NCBI RefSeq assembly: GCF_009914755.1
Contig: NC_060930.1
Reading direction: 5' to 3' (one strand)
DNA length: 64,000 nt
From: the human T2T-CHM13v2.0 reference genome, Homo sapiens
A model generated the notes under the pieces. That model saw only the letters and a program-made list of their open reading frames with translations, did not search any database and was not told where the DNA came from. Below, piece by piece: positions 43,001 to 55,579 of the stretch. How positions within the stretch are numbered: the stretch's first letter is position 1; each line of letters begins with the position of its first letter. A program made the translations under genes and the position numbers.

Positions 43001-43141
43001 TTTGTTAGTTTTCATGGTACATTCCTGTGGTAGCTGTTGGAGAATATCGTGCTGTGAGTCTCCACATACTGTTCTGTCTGTCCAAGTGGAAGCTGTATGT
43101 TAGCCATGTCTCCTATCCACCATCATGTCTCTCTTCCCTGT
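37051..43141 (-). mobile_element. Near full-length L1PB-type LINE-1, inactive
   Basis: L1PB-type 3'UTR (GGTTACATGAATAAGTTCTTTAG, CCCCAAAGTCC); ORF2 fragments ([34 protein letters not shown]); 5'UTR end CTCCTATCCACCATC; degenerate TSD TTGCCTACAGATTCTTT (37034-37050) / TTGCCTACAAACACTTT (43142-43158). Confidence 0.9.
37241..37490 (+). mobile_element. Inverted L1PB ORF2 3' segment inserted into the 3'UTR of the L1PB
   Basis: Plus-strand GGAAATGCAAATTAAAACCACAATG...GGTATCTACCTGAAGGAAAA interrupts TATATCAT|TCTTATGCC; reverse-complementary to 37790-38037. Confidence 0.85.
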
Positions 43142-43293
43142 TTGCCTACAAACACTTTCACGAGAGAAACATTAGATATAAATAAATCCATCAATTCAGA
43201 AACTCTACAATTTTGAAAATTATATCAGTAAATGGAGTGTTAAATATGTATCTTTTTGATGAAATAATCATCACAACAGTTAAGAATCATGAA

Positions 43294-43631
43294 TGATACG
43301 GTTTGGTTGTGTCCCTACCCAAATTTCATCTTGAATTCCCAGGTGTTGTGGGAGGGACTCAGTGGGAGGTAATTGAATCATGGGGGTGGGTCTTTTCCAT
43401 GCTGTGATAGTGAATAGGTCTCATGAGATCTGATGGTCTTAAAAATGGGAGTTTTTCAACACAAGCTTTCTTTTCTTATCTGCCACCATATGAGATATGC
43501 CTTTAACCTTCTGCCATGATTATGAGGCCTCCCCAGCCAGTTGGAACTGTAAGTCCATTAAACTTGCTTCTTTTGTAAAATGCCCAGTCTTGGGTATGTC
43601 TTTATCAGCAGCATGAAAACAGACCAATACA
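43294..43631 (+). mobile_element. THE1B-like solo LTR
   Basis: TGATACGGTTTGG...AACAGACCAATACA. Confidence 0.92.
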
Positions 43632-43840
43632 ACGGATAAATATACTCAATTATTTTTCTAGGTCAGCATTTCTCAAAGTTTAATAGAACTCCAGTTGGCC
43701 AGTATATAAATAAACACACTATTAAAAAGTCCCCTGTGGTTACATAAATTTAGATTACGCTGAATTATACAGAGATTCAGTTTTTTATTGTATCGCTTTT
43801 AAAGTTTTAAATAAGATTATGTAAGCAACTTATATGTATT

Positions 43841-44280
43841 TGTCTTAGTTTTAGGTTCCACCCACCCTCTCGCTCTCAAAGCAGTCCAAGTCAAGGGTTC
43901 CAACTGAAAGTGATTTATTTGCTAAGTGATCCCAGGAAGGAAAAAAAAAAAAGAAAAAGAAAAAGAAAAAAAAAAAACAAGTGGGTAAGTGACACAAAAA
44001 TTAAAAAAAATTACAGAATATAGTAGTGAGAGAGTTATCACTGGGCAATTTAGGCTCAATCCCACTGTGGATCTCTGTAGATTGGGCAGAATACCAAAAA
44101 GTTGTCCCACATAGCGATGAGAAACCTGAGGGATTTATTCATCAGCGTCTATCCATCATTAATAGAAAGCTGTTCCCAGTGATGTTAACTGCCTGGCACT
44201 TCCATAGAAAACTGCTGGCATGATTAGGAATGATGAATGCTAGGAGGATTTGGAGAGAGCACCAACAGCCTCTAATAGAG
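43841..44280. mobile_element. Old ERVL-class LTR (LTR16/33-like) with internal A-rich run
   Basis: TGTCTTAGTTTTAGGTTCC...TGATTTATTTG...GTGATCCCAGGAAG...GGCTCAATCCCACTG. Confidence 0.5.
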
Positions 44281-44943
44281 CTGCCATTTTTTAAGTAAAT
44301 TTACCCAAGAGCTTGTGGAGAGAGAAGAAAAGCCTCCACACATGTCCAACTCTCTGTCTACTTTCTTCCCTCTAAGGATGGATTGCTATCGTCTTGGCTA
44401 ATTTGCAAAATATAAAAAGTGCTACATTTGTGAGTAGACAGCATATTGTGCTTGCAAAAATTGTGTTTTTGTTTATAGTTGTCTTTGGGATTCTCTTTCA
44501 TCTTTCCTGCAGGTCCAACCCCAGGAACAGCTTAACCATGCTGACCTCTCTCTCTTTTTAAGCATTCTTAAATTAATGATTGCTTCAGGTTCTTACACCA
44601 AGCATCTGATTATAGGCGATAAGTTCTAAGATTTAGATATTGGCTTCGAGAAAGCTGAGATGCTTCATATTATGTGCTGATTTGGACAGGGCATAATACC
44701 AAGCTATTTAATTTAACAATAATCTATATGTCACTGTGAAGGTGTTCTGTAGATGTAGGTAACAGCTACAACTAGTTAACTTTAAGAAAAGGACATTACA
44801 CTCAATAATGTGTGTAAGGCTCATTCAATCAGTTAAAGGCCATAAGGACAAAAACTGAGGCTTCTTGGAGAAGAAGAAATTCTGCCTCAAGATTGAAGCG
44901 TTAACTCCTGTCTTCCTGCCATGTATACCCACACAAACACACA

Positions 44944-45525
44944 GAGTCATTTTTTGCTTAACTCTAAGTATTTGTTCTAAGAAATATGTCTTTAGATGTT
45001 TTCATCATTGTGCATACATCTTACAGTGTACTTACACAAACTTAAATGTTATTGCCTGCTACACACCTAGGCTATGTGGTAGAGACTATTGCTTCTGAGC
45101 TACAAACCTGTACAACATGTTGCTGTTCTTTACTAAATATTCTATGCAGTTATAATACAATGGTATTTGTGTATCCAAATCTGTCTAAACTTAAACAAGA
45201 TGTAGTAAAAATACAATATAAAAGATAAAAAATTGTACACCTGTAAAGGGCCCTTTTCAGGCATGGAACTTTCTGGGTGTCACTGAGAGAGAAGTGAGTA
45301 AATGTGAAGACCTAGGACATTACACTTTTTCAATGACCGGTAGTGCAGTAGGTTTTTTTACACAAGTATCACCACAAACATGTAAGTAATGAGTTTTGCT
45401 ATAACTTTAAATGGCTATGATGTCACTAGACGAAATGAATTTTTCAGCTCCATTATAATCTTATGGGACCACTGCAATATAGGTGGTCTTTCATTGACCA
45501 AAATGTCACATATAGCACATGGCTG
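44944..45525 (-). mobile_element. Tigger3 (MER7-type, ~0.6 kb) DNA transposon
   Basis: TTTTTCAGCTCCATTATAATCTTATGGGACCAC...TTGACCAAAATGTC...GCACATGGCTG and ACACACCTAGGCTATGTGGT. Confidence 0.85.
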
Positions 45526-45600
45526 TGTGTGTGTGCATATATATACATACACATATATATATGTGTGTGTGTATATATATATGTGTGTGTGTGTGTTTGT
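45524..45600. repeat. TG/TA compound microsatellite
   Basis: Direct reading. Confidence 0.9.
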
Positions 45601-45871
45601 GCACAGTTTTTTCTCCTGTTGGTTTTGTTTTTTGGCAGAATCGTGACATATATAAGGAGATAATAGACCCTAACTGATCTTTCGGAGGAAGGAATTTGTT
45701 CAGATCCAGTATTACCAGAGCCTTGAAGTTGAGTATCAGGTTACGGGCCCATCTAAAAATGAGACAGCATTTTCTCCCATTATGTTATTGGACCTTTTTT
45801 GTGTATCTCACTCAGAAATTTTACAGAAAAAGAAGCAAATGTCTGATGAGGTTCAGGTAGTCTTTGGATAT

Positions 45872-48410
45872 TGTATTAGTCCATTTTCACACTGCTGATA
45901 AAAACATACCCAAGACTGGGAAGAAAAAGAGGTTTAATGGACTTACAGTTCCACATGGCTGGGGAGGCCTCACCATCATAGTGGAAGGCAAGGAGGAGCA
46001 AGTCACATCTTATGTGAATGGTGGCAGGCAAAGAGAGAGAGCTTGTGCAGGGAAATTCCCATTTTTAAAGCCATCAGATCTCAAGGGACTTATTCACTAT
46101 CATGAGAACAACATGGAAAAACCTGCCCCATGATTCAATTACCTCCCACCAGGTTCCTCCCATGACACGTGGGAATTGTGCGAGTTACAATTCAAGATGA
46201 GATTTGGGTGGGGACACAGCCAAACCATATCATTCCACTCCTGGCCCCTCCCAAATCTCATTTCATCCTATTTCAAAACCAGTCATGCCTTCCCACATTC
46301 CCCCAAAGTCTTAACTCATTTCAGCATTAACCCTAGAGTTGACAGTCCAAAGACTCATCTCAGACAAATAAGTCCATTCCACTTATGAGCCTGTAAAATC
46401 AAAAGCAAGTGAATTACTTCCTAGATACAGTGGGGGTACAGGTATTGGGTAAATACAGCTATTCCAAATGGGAGAAACTGGCCAAACAAAGGGGCTACAG
46501 GGTTTCACACAAGTCCAAAATTCAGCAGGTCAGTCAAATCTTAAAGCTCCCAAATGATCTCCTTTGACCCCATGTCTCACATCCAGGTCACGCTGATGCA
46601 AGCAGTGGGTTCCCATGGTTGTGGCAGCTCTGCTCCTGTGGCTTTGCAGGATATAACCCCCCCTCCTGCCTCATTTCGTGAGCTGGCACTGAGTATCTGA
46701 AGCTTTTTCAGTGCACAGTGAGAGATCTCAGTGGATCTACCATTCTAGGATCTGGAGGATGGTGGCCCTCTTCTCACAGCTTCACTAGCTGGTGCCCCAG
46801 TAGGGACTCTGTGTGAGGGCTCCAACCCCACATTACCCTTCTGTGCTGCCCTAGCAGAGATTCTCCATAAGGGCCCCAACCCTGCAGCAAACTTCTGCCT
46901 GGATATTCAGGCGTTTCCATACATCTTCTGAAATCTAGGTGGAGGTCCCCAAACCCCAATTCTTGCCTTCTCTGCATTCGCAGGCTCAACACCACATGAA
47001 AGCTGCCAAGGTTTGGGAATTGCACCCTCTGAAGCCACAGCCCAAGCTCTACATTGGCCTCTTTCAGCCATGGCTAGAGTGGCTGGGACTCAGGGCACCA
47101 ACTACCTAGGCTGCACACAGCACAGGGACCTTTGTCCTGGCCCACAAAACCACATTTTCCTCCTAGGTCTCTGGGTCTGTGATGAGAGGGGCTGCCATGA
47201 AGACCTCCGACATGCTCTGGAGACATTTTTCCCATTTTCTTGGGGATTAACATTTGTCTACTCATTATTTATGCAAATTTCTGCAGCTGGCTTGGATTTC
47301 TCCTCAGAAAATGGGATTTTCTTTTCTATCACACTGTCAGGCTGCAAATTTTCCAAACTTTTATGCTCTACTTCCCTTATAAAACTGAATGTGTTTAATA
47401 GCACACAAGTCACCTCTTGAATGCTTTGCTGCTTAGAAATTTCTTCCACCAGATACCTAAATCATCTCTCTCAAGTTCAGAGTTCCACAGATCTCTATGG
47501 CAGGGACAAAACACCACCAGTCTCTTAGCTAAAATATAATAAGAGTTGCCTTTGCTCCAGTTTCAAACAATTTCCTCATTTCCATCTGAGGCCTCCTCAG
47601 CCTGAATTTTAATGTCCCCATCACTATCAACATTTTGGGCAAAATCATTCAAGTCTCTAGGAAGATCCAAATTTTGTCACATTTTCCTGTCTTCTGAGCC
47701 CTCCAACTTTCCCAACCACTTCCTGTTACCCAGTTCCAAAGTCACTTCCACTTTTTTGGGTATCTTTTCAGCAGCACCCCACTCTACTAGTACCAACTTA
47801 CTGTATTAGTCTATTTTCATGCTGCTAATAAAGATGTACCCAAGACTGGGAAGGAAAAGAGTTTTAGTGAACTTAAGTCACTGGGATTTTCAGACTGTAG
47901 GTTGCCACATCATAATCTATTGTGTTCTGACCTTTACATTTGTGAAACCAACACACTGAGACTCACTGAGACTCATGGTCTGAAGGCATAATATAGGCGT
48001 AAATAGCCAAACAATCATTAAATGTAGGTAACCCATATGATAATGAATTAACCCATATGATATCCAATGTTCCTATTTGTAATATACCTGAAATACATGT
48101 TACTAGGTTGGTGCAGTTACTTTTACACCTTGTGGCTGGGGAGGTCTCACAATCATGGCGGAAGGTAGAAGGAGCAAGTCACATACTACATGGATGGGAG
48201 CAGACAAAGAGAGAGAGCTTGTGCATGGAAACTCCCATTTTTAAAACTATCAGATTTCATGAGACTTATTCACTATCACGAGGACAGCACGGGAAAGATC
48301 CACCCCTGTGATTCAATTACCTCCCACTGAGTTTCTCCCACAACACGTGGGAATTGTGGCAGTTACAATTCAAAATGAGATTTGAGTGGGGACACAGCCA
48401 AATCCTATCA
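45872..48410 (-). mobile_element. Full THE1B-like provirus: 3' LTR 45872-46232, internal 46233-47801, 5' LTR 47802-48410 (interrupted)
   Basis: Two TGTATTAGTC...TATCA LTRs around THE1-int (TTCCACTCCTGGCCCCTCCC ... AGTACCAACTTAC); TSD GATAT (45867-45871) / GACAT (48411-48415). Confidence 0.93.
47873..48129 (-). repeat. Inverted copy of 48698-48920 inserted in the THE1 5' LTR
   Basis: Manual alignment gives roughly 90-93% identity over ~215 bp plus a 10-bp internal duplication. Confidence 0.95.
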
Positions 48411-48629
48411 GACATCAAGTCAAATACCATATAATATTACCAAAACACATTTTTACTCGTAGTTGACTCATGATTCTTAGAATAGTTTGAGAAAGTTTGT
48501 CTTTTATATATGACACTCTCTTTAATTCTACCACTTCAGCAATAGCAACAAATCAACCAGTATTTCTGTCTCAGCTTTCTAGAACACATTTACTCCAATT
48601 AACTCCTTTGAGCATAAACAGAGTTTATA

Positions 48630-48708
48630 TTAAATTAGTGCAAAAGTAATTGTGGTTTTTGCCATTACTTTTAATGGTGAAAACCACAATTAGTTTTGCG
48701 CCAACCTG
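48630..48708. mobile_element. MADE1 (Hsmar1-derived MITE)
   Basis: TA|TTAAATTAGTGCAAAAGTAATTGTGGTTTTTGCCATTACTTTTAATGGTGAAAACCACAATTAGTTTTGCGCCAACCTG|TA, an ~80-bp palindrome. Confidence 0.92.
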
Positions 48709-48859
48709 TATTTCAGGTATATTACAAATAGGAAAACGAGTATCAGTTGGGTTAATTCATTATCATATGGGTTACCTACATTTAATGATTATTTGGCTAT
48801 TTATGCCTATATTATGCCTTCAGACCATGAGTCCCAGTTTGTTGTTTTCACAAATGCAA

Positions 48860-49275
48860 AAGTCAGAACACAATAGATTATAATGTGGCAACCCACAGTC
48901 AGAAAATCCCAGTGACTTAACAAGAATTAATTCTTCACTTGTCTTTTGTGGGCCTGAGATTCTTTCTAGGAACACCATCCTCCACATGGCTCCTCAGAAT
49001 TCTAGGCTGATGGAGGATCCATAGCCTGCTGCTGCACTATCTACAATATGTGATGTCTGCAGCAAGGCAACAGGAAAAAAAATATTGCAGGGTCTCAAGC
49101 CATCAACTACGTGCTTTGTTAAGGAAATGATGTGTATTACTTCTGCTCAAAATACATTTGCTGGAGAAGTTACATTTCTACGTATATTTTTTAAAGAGTT
49201 TGGAAATGTAATCTCAACCTTTACTTAGAATAAAAGAAGAACTGGATGAGCAAAAATATTAGAAGTCTCTATCTC
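48860..49275 (-). mobile_element. Old MLT1 LTR
   Basis: AAAATCCCAGTGACTTAACA...CTAGGCTGATGGAGG...TTACTTCTGCTCA...TTGGAAATGTAATCT. Confidence 0.55.
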
Positions 49276-52200
49276 AAGCTATAAGACTTTAAATTAAAGC
49301 TCCACGCAGAATTCACAATATACACAGAGCCCAGGAATTATTTCACATTGCCTAAATTACAAAGTTTGAGTTACTAAATTCTTTGTGTTTTGTATTATTG
49401 CAACTATAACTTTGCACTGATGAATATAGTATTCTCTGTATCTGAAAGGTATGATATGCAACAATTTTTGGAGTGATGGTGGGCAATATAAGGAAAACCA
49501 CAAAAAAGCAACAACAAAACATACACATATCATTGACATAAAATTTTCTGTATATTATTTTAATATCTAATGATAAAAACCATTTACTTTAAGACATCTG
49601 TAAATGTTAGGAAAATAAACAAAACTCTAACCTTTGCCATTTATGCACAATACACAGTATTAAAGAATGTGTTAACATATCTATGCAATGTCTGTTCATT
49701 GTAATTCTACAGGGCCTTTTCTTTTCCCAAGGTAGTTTCCTCCAGAGAGAAGACCTTGCAGTTGCTGCATTTGTTCCTGCTGAATGAGAAGGTCATTATA
49801 TTCATAGTAACAGATGTTGCACCTGATGGTTCATCTTTTACATTTAGGAAACTTTTACCCCAAAACAGGCAGTTTTATGAAACATCAATAATTTTACAAA
49901 ATAAATGTTCATCCCATAAACTCTTTTCTTAAAAAAAACATAAACATGCTTTTATTCCACAAATCTAATGTGATTATTATTATAAGTTGGCCATAATTTC
50001 AAAACTTTAAAATTTCACTACCTGAAAATGAATGAGCATTTTCTTCAAATACTCATTACTTACTTCAAATCTGGAATTATTTGCATGTAGCTTTTTTTCT
50101 TTTAATTAAGTGTAACTTGATCTTGAATTCTAATAGTAGTTAAACTGATGGTTAACCATATTTTTATATTTGGTTGTTATGTTCCTGAGTGTGACAGGTG
50201 CTCAAACTTTCCCACATCATTATAATCAGGGAATAAATCTTACTTTCACTAAACCTTCAAAAAGAGAGGAAAGCTGAAATACATTGATCAAAATTAATCT
50301 TGTCACATCAAATTGTATTAGCTATCTGAAATCTTTGATGAACTTTTAGAGAAAGTCAAAATGAAAATAACTCAGAGCCTGAAGACCACTCTATGTACAA
50401 TTTACATTCACTATACCTCTTTCAGCAAATATTTACTGGGCATCCACCATGTGCCTTGTACCTTATCCTATGCTCAGTTCTGGATATAAAATGGTGTTGA
50501 AGATCAACTTCAATGGAAAGCACAGTCTGAAATGGAGTTAGCCTTCTGAGAGGCAAAGGGGCTTGAACTTATTATGCACTGGCCAGTCATTGGATGCAGC
50601 AGCCCCTAAAAAGAAGGCATGACTTTGAGGAAGGTAGCCAGCCAAACTCTAGAAGCTAGGGATATATGTGCTTCAGTCCTAAAGCTGAGAACTGATCAAC
50701 ACAGAGTCTATGCAATCCCTTCTATCAGAGAATGTAAGCATAATTATATAATATATATTACACACAAGCTTCCTTGTGGTCCTGTTATTGATTTTTAATT
50801 CCTTTTAATGAAGTAACTGGTAAAATTCCTGAAAGATAAGTCTTAGATCTGGTCTGATTTGATTCACCTTCTCATGTTTATTCCATTGTTAGGTAAGTAT
50901 GAGTAATATCTTCACATATTAATTCTGAAAAAATATTAATTCAGCTATGGCCTTAACACATTTTCTTCAATAGAAAAATAATGTGCTACTATATTTATTG
51001 CATCTTATTGGGGTACAGGAAAATTTATGTGCATAATAGAGTATTCATAAATTTTTTGAAATGAGGAGTAAGTAATATTATGATGTTCCATTTAGAAGCA
51101 TGTTAATAAAAATGATTTAAATATAGTGTCATAAAGAATGGTATTACACAAAGTTATCTGAAGCAGGCACTTGCTATTAATTTAAGGAGAATCATGTGGA
51201 TATTCCTACATCAGTTACTACATGTAATTTTAAATGACCATTTAACCTTTTTATGGATTCAACTACTGTTGGTCTAGAATGAGATTAAGGGTTGTTCAAA
51301 TATGATCTAAACAGAGATGTTTAAAACTATTTGTAACTGCATGTGATCCTGCAGTTATCTGACAAAAAGTCACCCTTCAGGGGCATTGACCTCCAGGATA
51401 TGTTTTGCATGCTCAAAGGAACAAGAGATAATAGAGGTTTTAATGCAGCTATTCGGAAACTAACAGAGCATTTTAGACCTCAGAAAAAAATGTTCCCTCT
51501 GAGAGACATATGCCCATGGAGATGAATGAAGAGCATGGTTAGCCTGTTGAGTCCTTGGTTAACTGCCTGACTTGCTAGTCTCATCACATGATTTAAGGCA
51601 TAAAAATTAGACCCTGCTATAGAGTTGAATATATACCGGGTTCATTTTCCGGGGCTAGCCCACAAGGAGATTAGCAGCCTAGGATTTTATTTCATTGGGG
51701 GTATGTAAGTTATTAGACCATGAAGGTAGTATACTAGCAAGATAGATGTCCTCCTTTGTATGTCAAGCAAATCTAGAAGCAAGAAAGCCAAAAGGCTTAG
51801 AAAAATTTGATCAGCAATGTGCAGATATTGAAGAACATTTTCTCAAACCTCTGCTATGATAACTCTGGCAGTGTGTTCAAGAGTACTTGGCACTCAGAAA
51901 AGCAAAGTCACTCTTGCATCTCCAATATCTATTGACATCAGAACATATTCACGTTATGCACCAAATATTTAATATAAATAAAATGAGTAAATGCCATTGA
52001 ACTGGAGTCACTTTCACAAAGTCTGATTTGAAGCTGAATTTAGAACATTCCTCTACAGCATAAAATACTTATGGTTCTAAACAGTGACAGAAAACAAAAC
52101 ATTTTGAATAATATTTCATGTGTGCTTCAAAGAAACTTCAAATAAATTAGCTTATAATATGTAAAGCACACCAAAATGAACTAGATTAGTTGTATCTAGA

Positions 52201-52800
52201 GATGGAGGAGCCCTATATAAATGAAACAAATATAACTTTCATAGCAAAATCTACCACAAATAGATAACACCTGTTGAGCAACTATAAGTTAGAGAAAGTT
52301 ATTGGAGAGCTCAACTGTTTTGCTATTAATTCTGTAAAAAAAGTATTTTTCACTAAGTTATACATTTTAAGACTATGCCATTTTTACTTATCTGGATGCT
52401 GTGTGCCTGGCTTTTTCTTTTGGGCTTTTGGCTAATTATATCAAGAGAAAACAGCTGTGATCACCCAAGATGAGTGTAGAAAAACAGGCAAAGCATTTCC
52501 AAAGATTTAGGGAAGAAAAGAGAGCATGCTATAGCAGCAGCATGAGTGAAGCCAGCGCAATGTTTCCATACATCAGCAAATAGACTGAGAGTCTCTGACT
52601 TTAACCTGTTTCATTCTGAAGGCAGCTCTGAGAGCACTGTCCACTGGTTATACTCATATCTCTTTCTAATGAGCATCCTCAGAAAAGTAGGTATATAACT
52701 GCACCTAATCACTGAGAGTAATAATTGTACCTATAAAAAGGACTCTTTGTGCCATCTGGATATCACGTACATATATAAATATTTTCATAAAAATTAACTT

Positions 52801-53110
<310 letters not shown>

Positions 53111-53138
53111 TCAAACAACACATTACAAAAAGAGTAGG

Positions 53139-54482
53139 GTACTGGCATAAAAACAGACATAGAACAGTGGAATAGAATAGAAAGCCTGTTAATAAACCCA
53201 AGGATATATGGTCAGCTAATTTTTCACAAGGTCACCAAGACGCAATAAAGAAATAATAGTCTTTTCAGTAGATGGTATTGGGAAAACTGGATATTCACAT
53301 GTAAAAGAAAAAATTTAGTTATTACCTTACACTATACACAAAAATCTACTCAAAATAGATTAAAGACTTAAACACAATAACTAAAATCATAAAACTCATA
53401 GAAGAAGATACAGGGAAAAAGCTCCCTGATATTGATCTTGCCAATGATATTTTGGACATTACATCAGAAGTTCAGGAAACAAAAGCAAAAATAAACAAAT
53501 GGGTCTATATATAACTAAGGAATCAGCAGCAAAGGAAGCCATCAACAAAATGAAAAGCTGGAAGATCAGGAGAAAATATTTGTAAACTATATATCTCATA
53601 AAAAGTTAATACTCAAAATATATAAGAAGAGAGTACATGCTTGATATGGTTTGGCTGTGTCCCCACCCAAATCTCACCTTGAATTTTAGTTCCCATAATC
53701 CACATGTGTCAAGGGAGGGAACAAGTGGAGGTAATTGAATCATAGGGGTGGTTTTCCCCATCCTGTTCTTGTGATAGTGAGTTAGTTCTCATGAGATCTG
53801 ATGGTTTTATAAGGGGCTCCCCCCTTTGCTGGGCACTCATTCATTCTCCTTCCTGGTACCCTCTGAAGAAGGATGTGTTTGCTTTCCTTCCACCATGATT
53901 ATGAGTTTCCTGAGGCCTCCCCAGTCATGTGGAACTGTGAGTCAATTAAACCTCTTTCCCTTATAAATTACTCAGTCTCAGGTATTTATTAGCAGTTGGA
54001 GAACAGACTAATACAACATGCAATAAAAAAATTAAAAATTAGCAAAGTTCTTAATGGACAGCTTTTCAAAAAAGACATACAAATGGCCAACAGGTATACA
54101 AAAATGTGTTCAACCTTACTAATCGTTAGGGAAACACAAATAAAAAGGACAATGAAATATCACATCAAACCTATTAGGACTGCTATTATAAAAACTACAA
54201 GTGTGGAGGAAAGGAAACCCTTCTACACTGTTGGTAAAAATATAAGTTGCTAAAGCCATTATAGAAAATAGTATGGAGAATCCTCAAAAAAAATAAAATT
54301 GTTTTTAATAATTATAAATATAATTATAATTATATAAACCAGCAATCTTTTTCCAGGTGTATACCCAATGGAAATAAAGTCAGCACTTCATAGAGTTAGC
54401 TGTATTCCCATGTCTGTTGCAGCATTTTTCATGGTAGTCAAGATAAACAACCTAAGCATATATTGTTGGATAAATGGATAAA
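53139..54482 (+). mobile_element. L1M (MA/MB-like) ORF2 3' fragment split by a THE1 LTR
   Basis: TACTGGCATAAAAACAGACAT...AAAGAAGACATACAAATGGCCAACAGG-like sequence...TAAATGGATAAA. Confidence 0.8.
53642..54015 (+). mobile_element. THE1D-like solo LTR
   Basis: TGATATGGTTTGGCTGTGTCCCCACCC...GAACAGACTAATACA; ACATGC repeated on both flanks. Confidence 0.9.
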
Positions 54483-54502
54483 AAAACTGAGATATATATA
54501 AA

Positions 54503-54613
54503 AACTGACTCAAATGTTAACCTCCTTTGGCAACACTCACATAGGCACACCCAGGAACACTACTTTTTATTCTTCAATCCAATCAAGTTGACACGTAATA
54601 TCAACCATCACAC
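54503..54613 (-). mobile_element. MLT2 LTR 5' fragment
   Basis: ACTGACTCAAATGTTAACCTCCTTTGGCAACAC...CAATCAAGTTGACAC...AACCATCACA. Confidence 0.75.
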
Positions 54614-55579
54614 AGCTCAATCTTGGATTAAAATCAGAAAGTTTTTGAGCTCATGAGATGATAGAGTTTATTAGCAGTTTAAACAAGTCTGTGAAACTAA
54701 TATTTGCAATTGACTTATTTACTATAAATTCCGCCTCCTAACAATGCTCTTTTGGAGTGAAAAAATACATGAATAATAAGGATTACCTATTATAATTTGA
54801 TTTAGATTTCCATTTGTCCCATATGTTAAGCAGGTGGACAAATAAGGTTGAACATATTTTGTCTTGTTTTTTTCATTATGTGGAAAATAGCAGTCATTAT
54901 TTTTTTCTTAAATAACATTTTAGAATATACTAAAATTCTGAGTCTCATGAAATAATTTCCCTTGGATCATTATTGACATAATGTAGAATATATAAGACAA
55001 ATTATTGCCTAAAATATAAACTTTGTACATAGATGGTTTTTTAAGTTTGTAAATTATTGGATGATAACTAATTGGTTATCTAGCATAGGCTCATGCCCTT
55101 GTTTTATTCTGTAACATATTTATTAATTCTGTTTTCAATGCTTATTTGATCTACTATATGATCTAGCAACAAAGAACTAGATAATATATGGATAGTGAGA
55201 CAATTGGGATCTTGACGAAATGATAGTAAAAAATATATATTTGTACTTCCCTTAAGATGAAATATTATCCAAAGTAAAATGCAGTGTTTTCTTCTCTTTA
55301 AAAAAGCATTTTATATGTGTGTTATACATTTATAACTGGCATAAACTATAATTGTTATGTGTGTATAACTGTTACATATGCATAATATACAATGGTTATT
55401 ATGTATAACTCTAAAAACTGGCATAAAATTTTGTATATGTGTGTTATATAGGTGAATATATAACACATATTAGTAAATGTTTTAAACTAAATAAACTTTT
55501 AGTTTAAGATTTTGCTATTTTCCAATAATATGACAGCATCATTGAATATTTAAAAATAATAGAGAAATGGATGAAACTA

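Larger units (their letters stand above)
44665..45655 (+). mobile_element. MLT2D-like ERVL LTR split by Tigger3
   Basis: TCATTCAATCAGTTAAAGGCC...AAAACTGAGGCTTC...GAAGAAATTCTGCCTCAAGA; resumes as TG/TA repeat plus TCTCCTGTTGGTTTTGTTT. Confidence 0.7.

Noticed and set aside
44485-44600. Strong plus-strand splice acceptor (TTCTCTTTCATCTTTCCTGCAG|G at 44512)
   Set aside because: No convincing donor or coding frame; isolated acceptors are common by chance.
46774-47449. ORFs in the THE1 internal region
   Set aside because: Fragmented remnants of the MaLR internal sequence; no intact long frame.
48630-48708. MADE1 hairpin as a miR-548-family gene
   Set aside because: MADE1 copies are abundant and most are not miRNAs; this one has several stem mismatches and there is no expression evidence.
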